Shown: positions 17,999 to 27,530 of the stretch, piece by piece
How positions within the stretch are numbered: position 1 is the first letter of the stretch
Layout: each line of letters opens with the position of its first letter
From: Candidatus Fervidifonticultor secundus
Lineage (GTDB): Bacteria; Sysuimicrobiota; Sysuimicrobiia; Sysuimicrobiales; Humicultoraceae
DNA length: 64,000 nucleotides
Reading direction: 5' to 3'
Assembly (NCBI GenBank): GCA_031459385.1
Contig: JAVKIP010000004.1
Location: 1 to 64,000 of the forward strand
Notes under the pieces: model-generated
What the model was told of the DNA's origin: nothing
What the model saw: the letters and a program-made list of their open reading frames with translations, nothing else
Databases searched by the model: none
Made by a program: the position numbers and the translations under genes

Positions 17999-19450
17999 AT
18001 GGCGTTACTGGTCATCAACGGCGAGGCCGTGCCGGCCAAGAGCGGCGCGCAGATGCCGGTGCTGAACCCCGCCACCGAGGAGGTGGTCGACGTCGTGCCC
18101 AGAGCCGGGCCCGACGACGTGGACGCCGCGGTGGCCGCGGCCCGGCGCGCGTTCGACGCCTGGGCGAAGGCCGATCCCGACGAGCGCGCGCACAAGATCC
18201 GCGAGGGGCTGGCGAAGGTGCGCGCGCACGCGCAGGAGGTGGCCGACCTCCTGGTGCGCGAGCAGGGCAAGCCGCTCCACGAGGCGACCGGCGAGCTCAC
18301 CCACTTCCTTCACGGCATGGAGTTCTACGCCGACCTGGCCAGCAAGCTGCGCGGCGCCTATGCGCCGCTGCCCTCGGCGCTGGGCCGGGCCTACGGGCTG
18401 GTCATCCGCCGGCCGGTGGGCGTCTGCGCGGCCATCGTGCCGTGGAACTTCCCGCTGACGCTCATGGGGACGAAGATCGGCCCGGCGCTGGCCACGGGCA
18501 ACACGGTGGTCGTCAAGCCCGCCAGCACCACGCCGCTCGCGACCCTGAGGGTCATCGGCCTGATGAACGAGGCGGGCCTGCCGCCGGGCGTGCTCAACGT
18601 CGTGACCGGCCCGGGCCGCGCCGTCGGCGAGGCGCTGGCGAGCCACGCCGACGTGCGCCGTGTGGCCTTCACCGGCCAGACCGCCACGGGCCGGCGCATC
18701 ATGGAGCTGGCCGGGCCCGCGTTCAAGCGCATCACCCTGGAACTGGGCGGCTCCGACCCGGTCATCGTCTGCTCGGACGCCGACCTGGACAAGGCGGTGC
18801 GGGGCGTGCTGATCGGCCGCTTCTGGAACTGCGGGCAGGCGTGCCTGGCGGCCAAGCGCGTCTACGTCTTCGCTGACGTCTACGACGCCTTCATGGAGAA
18901 GCTCCTGGCGGGCGTGGCGCGCTATGAGCCCGGCGAGGGGTGGGTGAAGGCCGAGCGGCCGAAGATTCGCGTCGGGCCGCTGCACACGGCCGAGCAGCGC
19001 CAGGAGATCGCCGCGCAGCTCGACGACGCGGTGCGCCGCGGCGCGACGGTCGCCTACGGTGGGACGGTCCCCGAGGGCCGCGGCAGGGGCTACTTCTTCA
19101 CCCCGACGGTGCTCACCGACGCGCCGCACGACAGCCGCGTGGTCCAGGAGGAGACGTTCGGACCGCTGCTGCCGGTGTTCAAGGTCGCGGGCATCGACGA
19201 GGCGATCCGCCTGGCCAACGACTCGGTCTACGGCCTGGGGTCGTCGATCTGGACCTACAACATCAAGTGGATCCACCGGGCGGCGCAGGAGCTCGACGCC
19301 GGCATGACCTGGGTGAACCAGCTGCACTACGGGTACGACGAGCTGCCGTTCGGCGGCGTGAAGGCGTCGGGGATCGGCCGTGAGCACGGCCCCGAGGCGA
19401 TGGACTACTACGTCGAATTCAAGTCGGTGGTGGTGGGCGACCTGGAGTGA
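17999..19450 (+). CDS. Aldehyde dehydrogenase
   Basis: 'PWNFP', 'FTG', 'LELGG', 'GQAC', 'EETFGP', 'PFGGVKASG'. Confidence 0.92.
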   Translation: MALLVINGEAVPAKSGAQMPVLNPATEEVVDVVPRAGPDDVDAAVAAARRAFDAWAKADPDERAHKIREGLAKVRAHAQEVADLLVREQGKPLHEATGELTHFLHGMEFYADLASKLRGAYAPLPSALGRAYGLVIRRPVGVCAAIVPWNFPLTLMGTKIGPALATGNTVVVKPASTTPLATLRVIGLMNEAGLPPGVLNVVTGPGRAVGEALASHADVRRVAFTGQTATGRRIMELAGPAFKRITLELGGSDPVIVCSDADLDKAVRGVLIGRFWNCGQACLAAKRVYVFADVYDAFMEKLLAGVARYEPGEGWVKAERPKIRVGPLHTAEQRQEIAAQLDDAVRRGATVAYGGTVPEGRGRGYFFTPTVLTDAPHDSRVVQEETFGPLLPVFKVAGIDEAIRLANDSVYGLGSSIWTYNIKWIHRAAQELDAGMTWVNQLHYGYDELPFGGVKASGIGREHGPEAMDYYVEFKSVVVGDLE

Positions 19451-19535
19451 CGCCGGGCTCACCCAGCGCCGCCGGCCGCGGCCGGTGCCGGGGCGGCAGC
19501 CTACCGCCGCGCACAGTTGATTCCAGGAGGCGACG

Positions 19536-20312
19536 ATGGCCGTCGAGTACAGCCGGGAAGGTGCCCTCGGGTTCATCACGCTGGACCGTCCGCCCGCCAA
19601 CTCGTACGAGATCACGTTCATGGAGGAGTTGGGGCGCGCCATCGAGGCGGCGGCCGCCGACCCCGCGGGTCGGGCAGTGATCGTGCGCAGCGCCTCGGAG
19701 AAGTTCTTCTGCGCCGGCGCCGACATCAAGGCGTTCAGTGAGAACACGCCCGAGCAGAACATGGAGATGTGCCGGCTCGCCCACCGCACCCTGGGCCGCA
19801 TCGCGGCCGTGCCCAAGGTCTTCATCGCGCAGATCGCCGGACACGCGCTGGGCGGGGGCCTGGAGATCGCGCTCGCCTGCGACCTCCGCTTCGGCGCCGA
19901 GGGCAGCTACCAGCTCGGCGTACCCGAGGTGACGCTGGGCCTGCTGCCCGGCAACGGCGGGACCCAGCGCCTGCCGCGGCTGATCGGGTGGAGCCGGGCG
20001 CTCGACCTGATGGTCACCGGCCGGCGCGTGGGACCCGCCGAGGCCCACGCGCTCGGCATCCTCGACCGCCTAGTCCCGGCCGACCGCCTCGACGCCGAGA
20101 CCCGCGCCTATGCCCAGGTGCTGGCCGACGGATCGGCGTCGGCGATCGGTGCTATCAAGCTGGCCGTGCACCAGGGCCGCGAGCGCGGGCTGGACGACGG
20201 CCTGCGTCTCGAGCGCGAGCTGCTGGACGGCCTCTTCCGCAGCCCTGACGGGCAGGAGGGCGTGCGCGCGTTCGTCGAGAAGCGCAGGCCGCAGTTCGCC
20301 CGCAGCGCGTGA
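19536..20312 (+). CDS. Enoyl-CoA hydratase/isomerase (crotonase) family protein
   Basis: 'FCAGADI', '[13 protein letters not shown]', '[17 protein letters not shown]'. Confidence 0.92.
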   Translation: MAVEYSREGALGFITLDRPPANSYEITFMEELGRAIEAAAADPAGRAVIVRSASEKFFCAGADIKAFSENTPEQNMEMCRLAHRTLGRIAAVPKVFIAQIAGHALGGGLEIALACDLRFGAEGSYQLGVPEVTLGLLPGNGGTQRLPRLIGWSRALDLMVTGRRVGPAEAHALGILDRLVPADRLDAETRAYAQVLADGSASAIGAIKLAVHQGRERGLDDGLRLERELLDGLFRSPDGQEGVRAFVEKRRPQFARSA

Positions 20313-21580
20313 CCGGCGGGGACGTCTCCGGCTTCGCCCGCAACCTCCGCGACCTGCCGCACGCGCTCGGGTCCGGCGGCGTGGCGAACGCGGCGGTGGC
20401 CTGGCTGTGGAGCCTGAGCCCGCTGCTGATCACGCTGGCCGCAGCGCAGCAGGCCCGCCTGCCCGAGGCGCGCGTCGTCTCCTGGATCGCCGCCATCCAG
20501 ATCACCGGCGGCGCGATGAGCATCGTGCTGAGCCTGCGCTACCGGCAGCCCATCGTCGGCGCGTTCACCATCCCGGGCGTGGTGCTGGTCGGTGCCGCCC
20601 TGCGCCATCTGCCGTTCGAGGAGGTCGTGGGCGCGTACTGGCTGACCGGCGCCCTGGTCGGCCTCCTCGGCGTCTCCGGCCTGGTAGGCCGCGTCACGGC
20701 GTGGCTGCCGCTGCCCATCATGATGGGCATGGTGGCCGGTGTGCTGCTGCCGTTCGTCGGCGCCATCGTCCGCGGGCTGCAGCAGGCCCCGGTGCTGGCC
20801 GGGGTGACCGTGGTGGCGTTCTTCGCCGCCTGGGTGGTGCCCGGCCTGCGCCGCCTGCCGCCGGTGCTGGTGGCCGTCGCCACCGGGCTGGTCGCGGCCA
20901 CGTGGCTGGGCGGGGCCGACTGGCGTGTGCCGGTCTCGCTCCTCGGGCGTCCTGCCGTGGTCGCGCCCGCGTTCTCGTACGTCGCCGCGGCCGACCTGGT
21001 CGTGCCCCTCGTGCTCATGGTGATCGGTGTACAGAACGTGCAGGGGATCGCCGTGCTCACCGCTGCGGGCTACCGGCCGCCCGTCTCGACCCTGACCACC
21101 GCCTCCGGGCTGGGATCGCTCGTCTCCGCGGTCTTCGGCGGCCATTCGGCGTGCATCGCGGGGCCGTCGACCGCCATCGTCGCCGGGCCGTCCTCCGGGC
21201 CCAGGGACGGCCGCTACGCCGCCAGCGTGCTGCTGGGCCTGCTGTGGATCGGCACCGGGCTGCTCGCGCCGGCGGTAACTGCCATCACCCGCCTGGTGCC
21301 CAGGGCGCTGGTGGACGTGCTCGGCGGCCTGGCGCTGCTCGGTCCCATGGCGCAGTTCTTCCAGCAGGCGTTCGGCGGGCGGTTCGCGCTGGGCGCCCTG
21401 GTAGCGTTTGTGGTCACGACCTCGGGCCTGGTGGTCTTTCGCATCGCCGCGCCGTTCTGGGCGCTGGTGGCGGGAGTGGGCGCGTCGCTGCTGGTGGAGC
21501 GGGCAGACTTCGCGGTGCGGGGCGCGGGGCACCTGCCCGCGCCAGCCGCGGCAGCCCCGCGCGGCGACAGGCAACGGTAG
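20309..21580 (+). CDS. benE: Benzoate/H+ symporter BenE family transporter
   Basis: 'LRYRQPIVGAFTIPG', 'MVAGVLLPF', 'QNVQGIAVL.AAGY.PP', 'APFWALVAG'. Confidence 0.85.
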   Translation: MTGGDVSGFARNLRDLPHALGSGGVANAAVAWLWSLSPLLITLAAAQQARLPEARVVSWIAAIQITGGAMSIVLSLRYRQPIVGAFTIPGVVLVGAALRHLPFEEVVGAYWLTGALVGLLGVSGLVGRVTAWLPLPIMMGMVAGVLLPFVGAIVRGLQQAPVLAGVTVVAFFAAWVVPGLRRLPPVLVAVATGLVAATWLGGADWRVPVSLLGRPAVVAPAFSYVAAADLVVPLVLMVIGVQNVQGIAVLTAAGYRPPVSTLTTASGLGSLVSAVFGGHSACIAGPSTAIVAGPSSGPRDGRYAASVLLGLLWIGTGLLAPAVTAITRLVPRALVDVLGGLALLGPMAQFFQQAFGGRFALGALVAFVVTTSGLVVFRIAAPFWALVAGVGASLLVERADFAVRGAGHLPAPAAAAPRGDRQR

Positions 21581-21587
21581 GTGGGCG

Positions 21588-23336
21588 TCAGCCCGCGCCG
21601 GCCAGGTCTTCCCGCGGGATCAGCACCCGGCCCGCCACCACGTCCCACAGCCCCCGGTAGGTCAGCCGCACGTACGGCAGGGCGTCGAAGCTGAAGAACA
21701 GCAGCGTGTAGGCGATCTCGCCGTGCCGGTACCCGCGCGCGGCGAGCAGGCGGTGCAGGCGGTCCAGGGCCGCCGCCACCTCGGTATACGGCTCGGGCGA
21801 CGCCATGCCGCCGATAGGCAGCGGCAGCTCGAAGAGGATCGCACCCTCTTCTGCCAGCACGATGCCGCCTCCGAGGTCGAGCACGCGCGACGCGGCCACG
21901 GCCATGTCGGCGGGCGCACGACCCACGCAGAGGAGGCCCGCGCCGCCGGTATAGCTGGCGGCCAGGCCGCCGATGCGGTCGCCGAAACCCGAGAGCAGGG
22001 TGCGGCACCGCCAGCGGCCGGCGGGGTCGAGCAGCACCGCGTGCAGCACGCCTGCGGGCAGCGTGTGCCCGTCCAGCGCGAGGTCGCGGCGCGCGGTGAT
22101 CACCGTGTTCTCGAGGTGGGCGGCGGGCGCGGGCGAGGGCAGGCCGTCCAGCGTGAAGACCTCGGGGCCGGGCCGCCAGGGGACAGACGCGAGCGGCCGG
22201 ACCCAGCGCTCCCACGGAATCCGGGGGACCTCCAGGACGACGCGGCCTTCGCGCGCGGCGATCCGGCCACCGGTGATGACCGTCTCGGGGCGCGGCGCAT
22301 CGAGGCCTTCCAGCAGCAGCAGGTCCGCGCGCCGTCCCGGGGCCACGCCACCCAGCTCCTCGTCGAGGCCGTAGTACGTGGCGGGGTTCAGCGTGGCCAT
22401 CTGGTAGGCAGCCAGCGGCTCGATACCCGCGCGCATGGCGGTGGCCACCAGATGGTCCATGTAGCCGCTGTCGCGGAGGAACTGCGGCGAGGGCCCGTCC
22501 GGGGTCAGCATGAGCCGCCCGGAGAACGCGCGGGCGCCGGTGGCCACCGGCGCCAGGGCCTCCAGGTCGGGCCGCAGCGAGCCGTGGCGCAGCATCACGT
22601 ACAGGCCGGCGCGCAGCCGCGCCAGGGCCTGGTCGGCGGTGAGCGCCTCGTGGTCCGAGGAGACGCCCGCGGCGGCCAGGCCCTGCAGGCGGTCGGGCGA
22701 GGCGCCCGGCGCGTGGCCCTCCACGCGCCGGCCCGCCGCCAGGGCCCGGCTGATGCGGCGCAGGAGCGTCTCGTCGCCGGCGCAGACCTGCGGCCACCGG
22801 GTGAGCTCGCCGACGGTCCGCACCTCTTCGACCGCCAGCAGCGCCGCCAGCCGGTCGTCGCTCAGGCACGCGTCTTCGTCGGGCACGTGGCCCTGCGCGT
22901 GCTGCCGGAGGAAAAAGAAGTAACGCACTGGCAGGTCTCTCATGGCTGCCATGGCCTCGGCCGTCGCCTCGGCCGGCGTAAGCATCAGCAGCGGCATCGT
23001 GTCGGCCACGATGCCGGTCGTGCCCAGGCCCAGCGCCGCGCGCGCCAGCTCCTCGGGCGCAAACGTCGCAAATGGGTGCGCGTGGGGGTCGATGTAGCCG
23101 GGCGCGATGAGCCGGCCCCGGGCGTCCACGACCGCGGTGTGCGGGCCGGCCTCGATGGGGCGGTCGCCAACGTAGGCGATGCGGCCGGCGGCTGCGGCGA
23201 CGGTGGCAGGATAGACCTCGCCCGAATGGACGTTGAGCACCTGCCCGCCGACCAGCAGCAGGTCCGGCGGGCGGTCGCCGCGGGCGACAGCGGCGAGGAT
23301 GCGCAGCTCGTCCAGCGTGCGGAAGGTCCGCTTCAC
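21588..23336 (-). CDS. Adenine deaminase family protein (YerA-like subgroup)
   Basis: 'PGYIDPHAHPF', 'EGHAPG', 'SSDHE', 'MATLNPA', 'LPLPIGGM'. Confidence 0.82.
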   Translation of the reverse strand: MKRTFRTLDELRILAAVARGDRPPDLLLVGGQVLNVHSGEVYPATVAAAAGRIAYVGDRPIEAGPHTAVVDARGRLIAPGYIDPHAHPFATFAPEELARAALGLGTTGIVADTMPLLMLTPAEATAEAMAAMRDLPVRYFFFLRQHAQGHVPDEDACLSDDRLAALLAVEEVRTVGELTRWPQVCAGDETLLRRISRALAAGRRVEGHAPGASPDRLQGLAAAGVSSDHEALTADQALARLRAGLYVMLRHGSLRPDLEALAPVATGARAFSGRLMLTPDGPSPQFLRDSGYMDHLVATAMRAGIEPLAAYQMATLNPATYYGLDEELGGVAPGRRADLLLLEGLDAPRPETVITGGRIAAREGRVVLEVPRIPWERWVRPLASVPWRPGPEVFTLDGLPSPAPAAHLENTVITARRDLALDGHTLPAGVLHAVLLDPAGRWRCRTLLSGFGDRIGGLAASYTGGAGLLCVGRAPADMAVAASRVLDLGGGIVLAEEGAILFELPLPIGGMASPEPYTEVAAALDRLHRLLAARGYRHGEIAYTLLFFSFDALPYVRLTYRGLWDVVAGRVLIPREDLAGAG

Positions 23337-23360
23337 GGCGCCCATTCTAGCATGTAGGAT
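23337..23360. promoter_or_regulatory. Back-to-back -10 elements of divergent promoters
   Basis: Minus strand TG-c-TAGAAT 7 nt before GTG 23336 (leaderless); plus strand TAGGAT at 23355-23360. Confidence 0.5.
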
Positions 23361-23394
23361 AACAACGGACGTGCGTACCCTCGGGAGGGCTCCC

Positions 23395-24822
23395 ATGCTG
23401 CAGATGGCGGACAAGTTGCTGGTGGGCGGGCGCTGGGTCGACGGCGGCGCGCCGCTGGAGGTCAGGAACAAGTACACGGGCGAGGCGATCGGCGCCTTGC
23501 CCCAGTCGCGGCCGGAGGACGTGGACGCCGCCATCGCTGCCGCCGCGGAGGCCGCGCCGGTCATGGCGGCGCTGCCGGCGCACCGGCGCAGCGAGATCCT
23601 GGCGCGCACCGCGGCGCTGCTCCAGGCGCACCGGGACGACCTGGCGCGCACCATCGCGGTCGAGGCCGGCAAGGCGCTGAAGTGGGCCCGCATCGAGGTC
23701 GACCGCGCGGTCTCCACCTTCACGTTTGCCGCCGAGGAGGCCAAGCGTATCCACGGCGAGACCGTGCCGTTAGACGCCGTGCCCGCGGGCGAGGGCTACT
23801 TCGGCTTCTACGTGCGGCGGCCCGTGGGCGTGGTGGCCGCCATCAGCCCGTTCAACTTCCCCCTCAACCTGGTGGCCCACAAGGTCGCCCCGGCCATCGC
23901 CGCGGGCAACAGCATCGTGCTGAAGCCGGCCAGCACGACGCCGCTGACCGCCGTGGCGCTGTGCCGCCTGCTCGCGGACGCCGGCCTGCCCCCGGGCGGC
24001 ATCAACCTGGTCGTCGGGCCCGGCAGCACCGTGGGCACCCAGCTGGTGGCCGACCCTCGCGTCGCCAAGGTGACGTTCACCGGCAGCCGCGACGTCGGCG
24101 AGCAGATCACGAAGCACGCCGGCATCAAGAAGATCACCCTCGAGCTGGGCAACACCTCGCCGGTGGTCGTCGCCCCCGACGCGGACCTCGACCTGGTGGC
24201 CAGGCGCTGCGCGTTCGGGGCCTTCTACTACTCGGGCCAGGTCTGCATCTCGGTGCAGCGGGTCTTCGCCGACCGGACGATCTACGAGCCCTTCGCCGAG
24301 AAGTTCGCGGCGGCGGCGCAGAGCATGGTGGTGGGTGACCCGCTGGACGAGCGCACCGACGTCGGGCCCATGATCGACGAGCGGGAGGCGATGCGCATCG
24401 AGGGGTGGGTGCAGGAGGCGGCGCAGGGTGGCGCCCAGGTCCTGACCGGCGGCCAGCGCACCGGCGCGGTCTACCTGCCCACGGTGCTCACCCGCGTCCG
24501 ACCCGAGATGCGCGTCGTCGCCCAGGAGGCGTTCGCGCCGGTGGCCGCCGTGCTGGACTACGACGACTTCGAGGCGGCCCTGGCGGCGGCCGACGCCACC
24601 GAGTACGGGCTGCAGGCCGCTGTCTTCACCCGCGACCTCGGCCGCCTCTTCCAGGCCATCCGCCGCCTGAACTTCGGCGGTGTCATCGTCAACGACGTAC
24701 CCACGTTTCGCGTGGACCACATGCCCTACGGCGGCAACCGGCAGAGCGGGCTCGGCCGCGAGGGCGTGCGGTTCGCGGTGGAGGAGATGACCAACATCCA
24801 GATGGTCGTGATCCGTACCTGA
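23395..24822 (+). CDS. Aldehyde dehydrogenase (GapN/lactaldehyde dehydrogenase-like subgroup)
   Basis: 'ISPFNFPLNLVAHKVAPAIAAGN', 'LELG', 'SGQVCIS', 'RVDHMPYGG'. Confidence 0.9.
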   Translation: MLQMADKLLVGGRWVDGGAPLEVRNKYTGEAIGALPQSRPEDVDAAIAAAAEAAPVMAALPAHRRSEILARTAALLQAHRDDLARTIAVEAGKALKWARIEVDRAVSTFTFAAEEAKRIHGETVPLDAVPAGEGYFGFYVRRPVGVVAAISPFNFPLNLVAHKVAPAIAAGNSIVLKPASTTPLTAVALCRLLADAGLPPGGINLVVGPGSTVGTQLVADPRVAKVTFTGSRDVGEQITKHAGIKKITLELGNTSPVVVAPDADLDLVARRCAFGAFYYSGQVCISVQRVFADRTIYEPFAEKFAAAAQSMVVGDPLDERTDVGPMIDEREAMRIEGWVQEAAQGGAQVLTGGQRTGAVYLPTVLTRVRPEMRVVAQEAFAPVAAVLDYDDFEAALAAADATEYGLQAAVFTRDLGRLFQAIRRLNFGGVIVNDVPTFRVDHMPYGGNRQSGLGREGVRFAVEEMTNIQMVVIRT

Positions 24823-24844
24823 CGCCGCGACGGGAGGAGGGGAA

Positions 24845-25519
24845 ATGGCGCCGCCCCTGTGGAAGGCCGCGCTGGCGGAACTGGTCGGCACGTTTACCCT
24901 GATCTACATCGGCGCGGGGGCCATCCTGGCCGACGCGCTCACCGGCGGCAAGGTAGGGCTGGCGGGCATCGCGCTGGCCCACGGTCTGGCCATTGCCACC
25001 ATGGTGTCCGCGGCCGGGCACCTCTCCGGCGGCCACTTCAACCCGGCCGTGACCGCGGCGTTTGCGCTCACCGGCCGCCTCGGCGTCGCGGCGGCCGTGG
25101 CCTACGTCGTGGCCCAGCTGCTCGGCGCCTCCCTGGCGGCCTTCTTCCTCGACGGCGCGTTCCCCGAGACGGTGCGCACCGCCGCGCGCCTGGGCACGCC
25201 GCTGCTGGCAGAGGGGGTGAGCCCGGGCACCGGCATCGTCGTCGAGGCAGTGCTCACGTTCTTCCTGGTGTTCGTGATCTTCGGCACGGCCGTGGACAGC
25301 CGCGGGCCGCGGGTCGGCGGGCTGTTCATCGGCCTGGTCATCACCATGGACATCCTGGCCGGCGGCGCCCTGACCGGCGCCGCCATGAATCCGGCGCGCG
25401 CTTTCGGGCCGGCACTTTTCGCCAACGCGTGGGCCGCCCACTACGTCTACTGGATCGGTCCGGTGCTGGGCGGCCTGGTGGCCGGGTGGGCTTATCACAG
25501 CCTCTACCGTCCCGCGTAG
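24845..25519 (+). CDS. MIP family channel (aquaporin)
   Basis: Two NPA motifs: 'SGGHFNPAVT', 'MNPARAFGP'. Confidence 0.93.
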   Translation: MAPPLWKAALAELVGTFTLIYIGAGAILADALTGGKVGLAGIALAHGLAIATMVSAAGHLSGGHFNPAVTAAFALTGRLGVAAAVAYVVAQLLGASLAAFFLDGAFPETVRTAARLGTPLLAEGVSPGTGIVVEAVLTFFLVFVIFGTAVDSRGPRVGGLFIGLVITMDILAGGALTGAAMNPARAFGPALFANAWAAHYVYWIGPVLGGLVAGWAYHSLYRPA

Positions 25520-25538
25520 GAGACGACATGCCCAGGAG

Positions 25539-26213
25539 GTGACCACAGTGGACCTGCAGTACTTCGGGCACGCGATGTTTGCGCTGACCTCGGACGGCAC
25601 CACCGTCGTCATCGATCCCTTCAACGACGACATCGGCTACCCCAAACCCACCGTCGCGCCCGCCGCCGTGGTGGTCAGCCACGAGCACTTCGATCACAAC
25701 AACGTGAAGCTGCTCGGGGGCGCGCCGCGGGTGATCCGCGGGTTGCGCGACGAGGGCAAGGACTGGGCCAGGGTGGACGAGCGCGTGGGGCCGTTTCGCA
25801 TCACGGGCGTCGCGACCTACCACGACGACCAGCAGGGCGCGGCCCGCGGCAAGAACACCATTACGATCTTCGAGGTGGAGGGGCTGCGGGTCGTCCACTG
25901 CGGGGACCTGGGGCACCCGTTGACAGCGGAGCAGGCACAGGCCGTGGGGACCCCCGATGTGCTGATGATCCCTGTCGGCGGCTTCTACACCTGTGGGCCT
26001 GACGTGGCGGACCAGATCTGCGGCGGGCTGCAGCCGCGCGTCATCATCCCCATGCACTTCAAGACCGAGGTGAACAAAGACTGGCCGATCGGCACGCTCG
26101 ACGACTACCTGCGCGGCAAGACGGCCAGGCGCCTGGGCCCGGTGGTGCGCATCACCCGGCAGGACCTGCCGGCCGCGCAGGAGATCTGGGCGCTGATTCC
26201 CGCCACGCGGTAA
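25539..26213 (+). CDS. MBL-fold metallo-hydrolase
   Basis: 'GHA', 'IDPF', 'SHEHFDHN', 'HCGDLGH', 'IPMHF'. Confidence 0.88.
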   Translation: MTTVDLQYFGHAMFALTSDGTTVVIDPFNDDIGYPKPTVAPAAVVVSHEHFDHNNVKLLGGAPRVIRGLRDEGKDWARVDERVGPFRITGVATYHDDQQGAARGKNTITIFEVEGLRVVHCGDLGHPLTAEQAQAVGTPDVLMIPVGGFYTCGPDVADQICGGLQPRVIIPMHFKTEVNKDWPIGTLDDYLRGKTARRLGPVVRITRQDLPAAQEIWALIPATR

Positions 26214-26545
26214 GGAGCGACGCCGGCAGACGCACGGCACGGGTCGGCGCGCGGGGCAGGCCGGCGCACGGGCGCGGCGCGGGCGGCCCGACGATATGGA
26301 GCCGGGTAGCGTCCCGGTGGCGGCGCATGCCGGGGCCCGGCCGGGCGCAGCGTGCTGATCGGCCTGACGTCGGCCCGCTCGTCGCAGATTCAGGACGAGG
26401 CGAACCTGTACAAAGCCGTGAGCGAAAGCCGCCGGATGCTCTTGCCGTCCCGCAGGGGCGGCGATGTTGCAGGCCGGAGGGTCGTGGCGCCAAACAAGGA
26501 AAACACGTCGGACGACGCACACCTTTGACCTGACCGCACGGGGTC

Positions 26546-26582
26546 GGGGACGCAGCTTAGCGGGAGAGCACCTGCAGACAGG
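26546..26582 (+). pseudogene. Possible decayed 5' half of a tRNA (Ala/Val-like)
   Basis: GGGGACG-CA-GCTT-AGCGGGA-GAGC-A-CCTGC resembles acceptor strand, D-arm and anticodon stem; no intact anticodon loop or T-arm. Confidence 0.3.
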
Positions 26583-26756
26583 TTCAGCGTCCAGCGCTCT
26601 AGCAGCGCCAGCGTCCGCTCGCACCCACGTGTACCGCACGGGCCGGACTGATGGTGCCGGCTGCATGCCCCATTCCCGGCGCACAGGTGCGCTGGGAGAT
26701 ATGCAGGAAGCCCGAAGGAAGATGGGCGCCTCTGTCGAAACAACACTGGCGGCAAA

Positions 26757-26775
26757 TAGTTAAGAGACTTAACTA
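26757..26775. promoter_or_regulatory. MarR-type operator palindrome
   Basis: Perfect TAGTTAAG-AGA-CTTAACTA, 14 nt before the marR ATG, strongly AT-rich against the background. Confidence 0.78.
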
Positions 26776-26789
26776 CGGGGAATGTGCCC

Positions 26790-27530
26790 ATGGCGAACCA
26801 CACATCGTTCGAGACCGGCGGCGAACCCCTGCAGCGACGCATCACCGCCGGCCTGGAGAAGGTCGCGCTCGCGCTCCGACAGGCCTCTCGGCGCGGTGCC
26901 GGTCGGAGCGGTCTCACGCCGACCCAGGGGCTGATCCTCACCGTCCTGCGTCGCCATCCCGCTGGCCAGCGGCTCTCAATGATAGCGGCCACGCTGGGCG
27001 TGACCCGGGCAAGTGCGAGCCAGACCATCAGCACGCTGGCGCGCAAAGGGCTCGTCACCACACACCCCGCTGCCGGTGATGGTCGCGCCCGGTGCATCGT
27101 CCTGGCGCCCCGGGGCCGTCGCGAAGCAGCGCGCGCGCTGAGCTGGGGGGAGACCGTGGACGCTGCAGTGGACACGCTCGACCCTGCGGAGCAGGTGGTC
27201 CTGCTCCGCGCCCTGGTCAAGATCATCCGGGCGCTCCAGGAAGCGGGACAGATTGCCCCGAGCCGCATGTGTGTCACCTGCCGCTACTTCCGGCCCCATG
27301 TCCACGCCGATCCGCTTCGTCCCCACCACTGTGCGTTCGTGGACGCCGCTTTCGGCGACCGCGCCCTGCGAGTGGACTGTCCTGACCATATGCCTGCGCC
27401 CGCCGCGGACGCCGCCCGGACGTGGAAGGCGTTCGTACGCACGGCGAACCAACGCATGCGCCTGCATCCGATGTACGATGCCAGACCGCAGCAAAATCGA
27501 CGAACGGGGGTGTCGTCATGCCGACGATAA
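26790..27530 (+). CDS. MarR family regulator with C-terminal 4-Cys domain
   Basis: 'GLTPTQ..IL', wHTH 'LGVTRASASQTISTL..KGLV...DGR'; tail 'MCVTCRYF...HHCAF...VDCPDH'. Confidence 0.85.
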   Translation: MANHTSFETGGEPLQRRITAGLEKVALALRQASRRGAGRSGLTPTQGLILTVLRRHPAGQRLSMIAATLGVTRASASQTISTLARKGLVTTHPAAGDGRARCIVLAPRGRREAARALSWGETVDAAVDTLDPAEQVVLLRALVKIIRALQEAGQIAPSRMCVTCRYFRPHVHADPLRPHHCAFVDAAFGDRALRVDCPDHMPAPAADAARTWKAFVRTANQRMRLHPMYDARPQQNRRTGVSSCRR

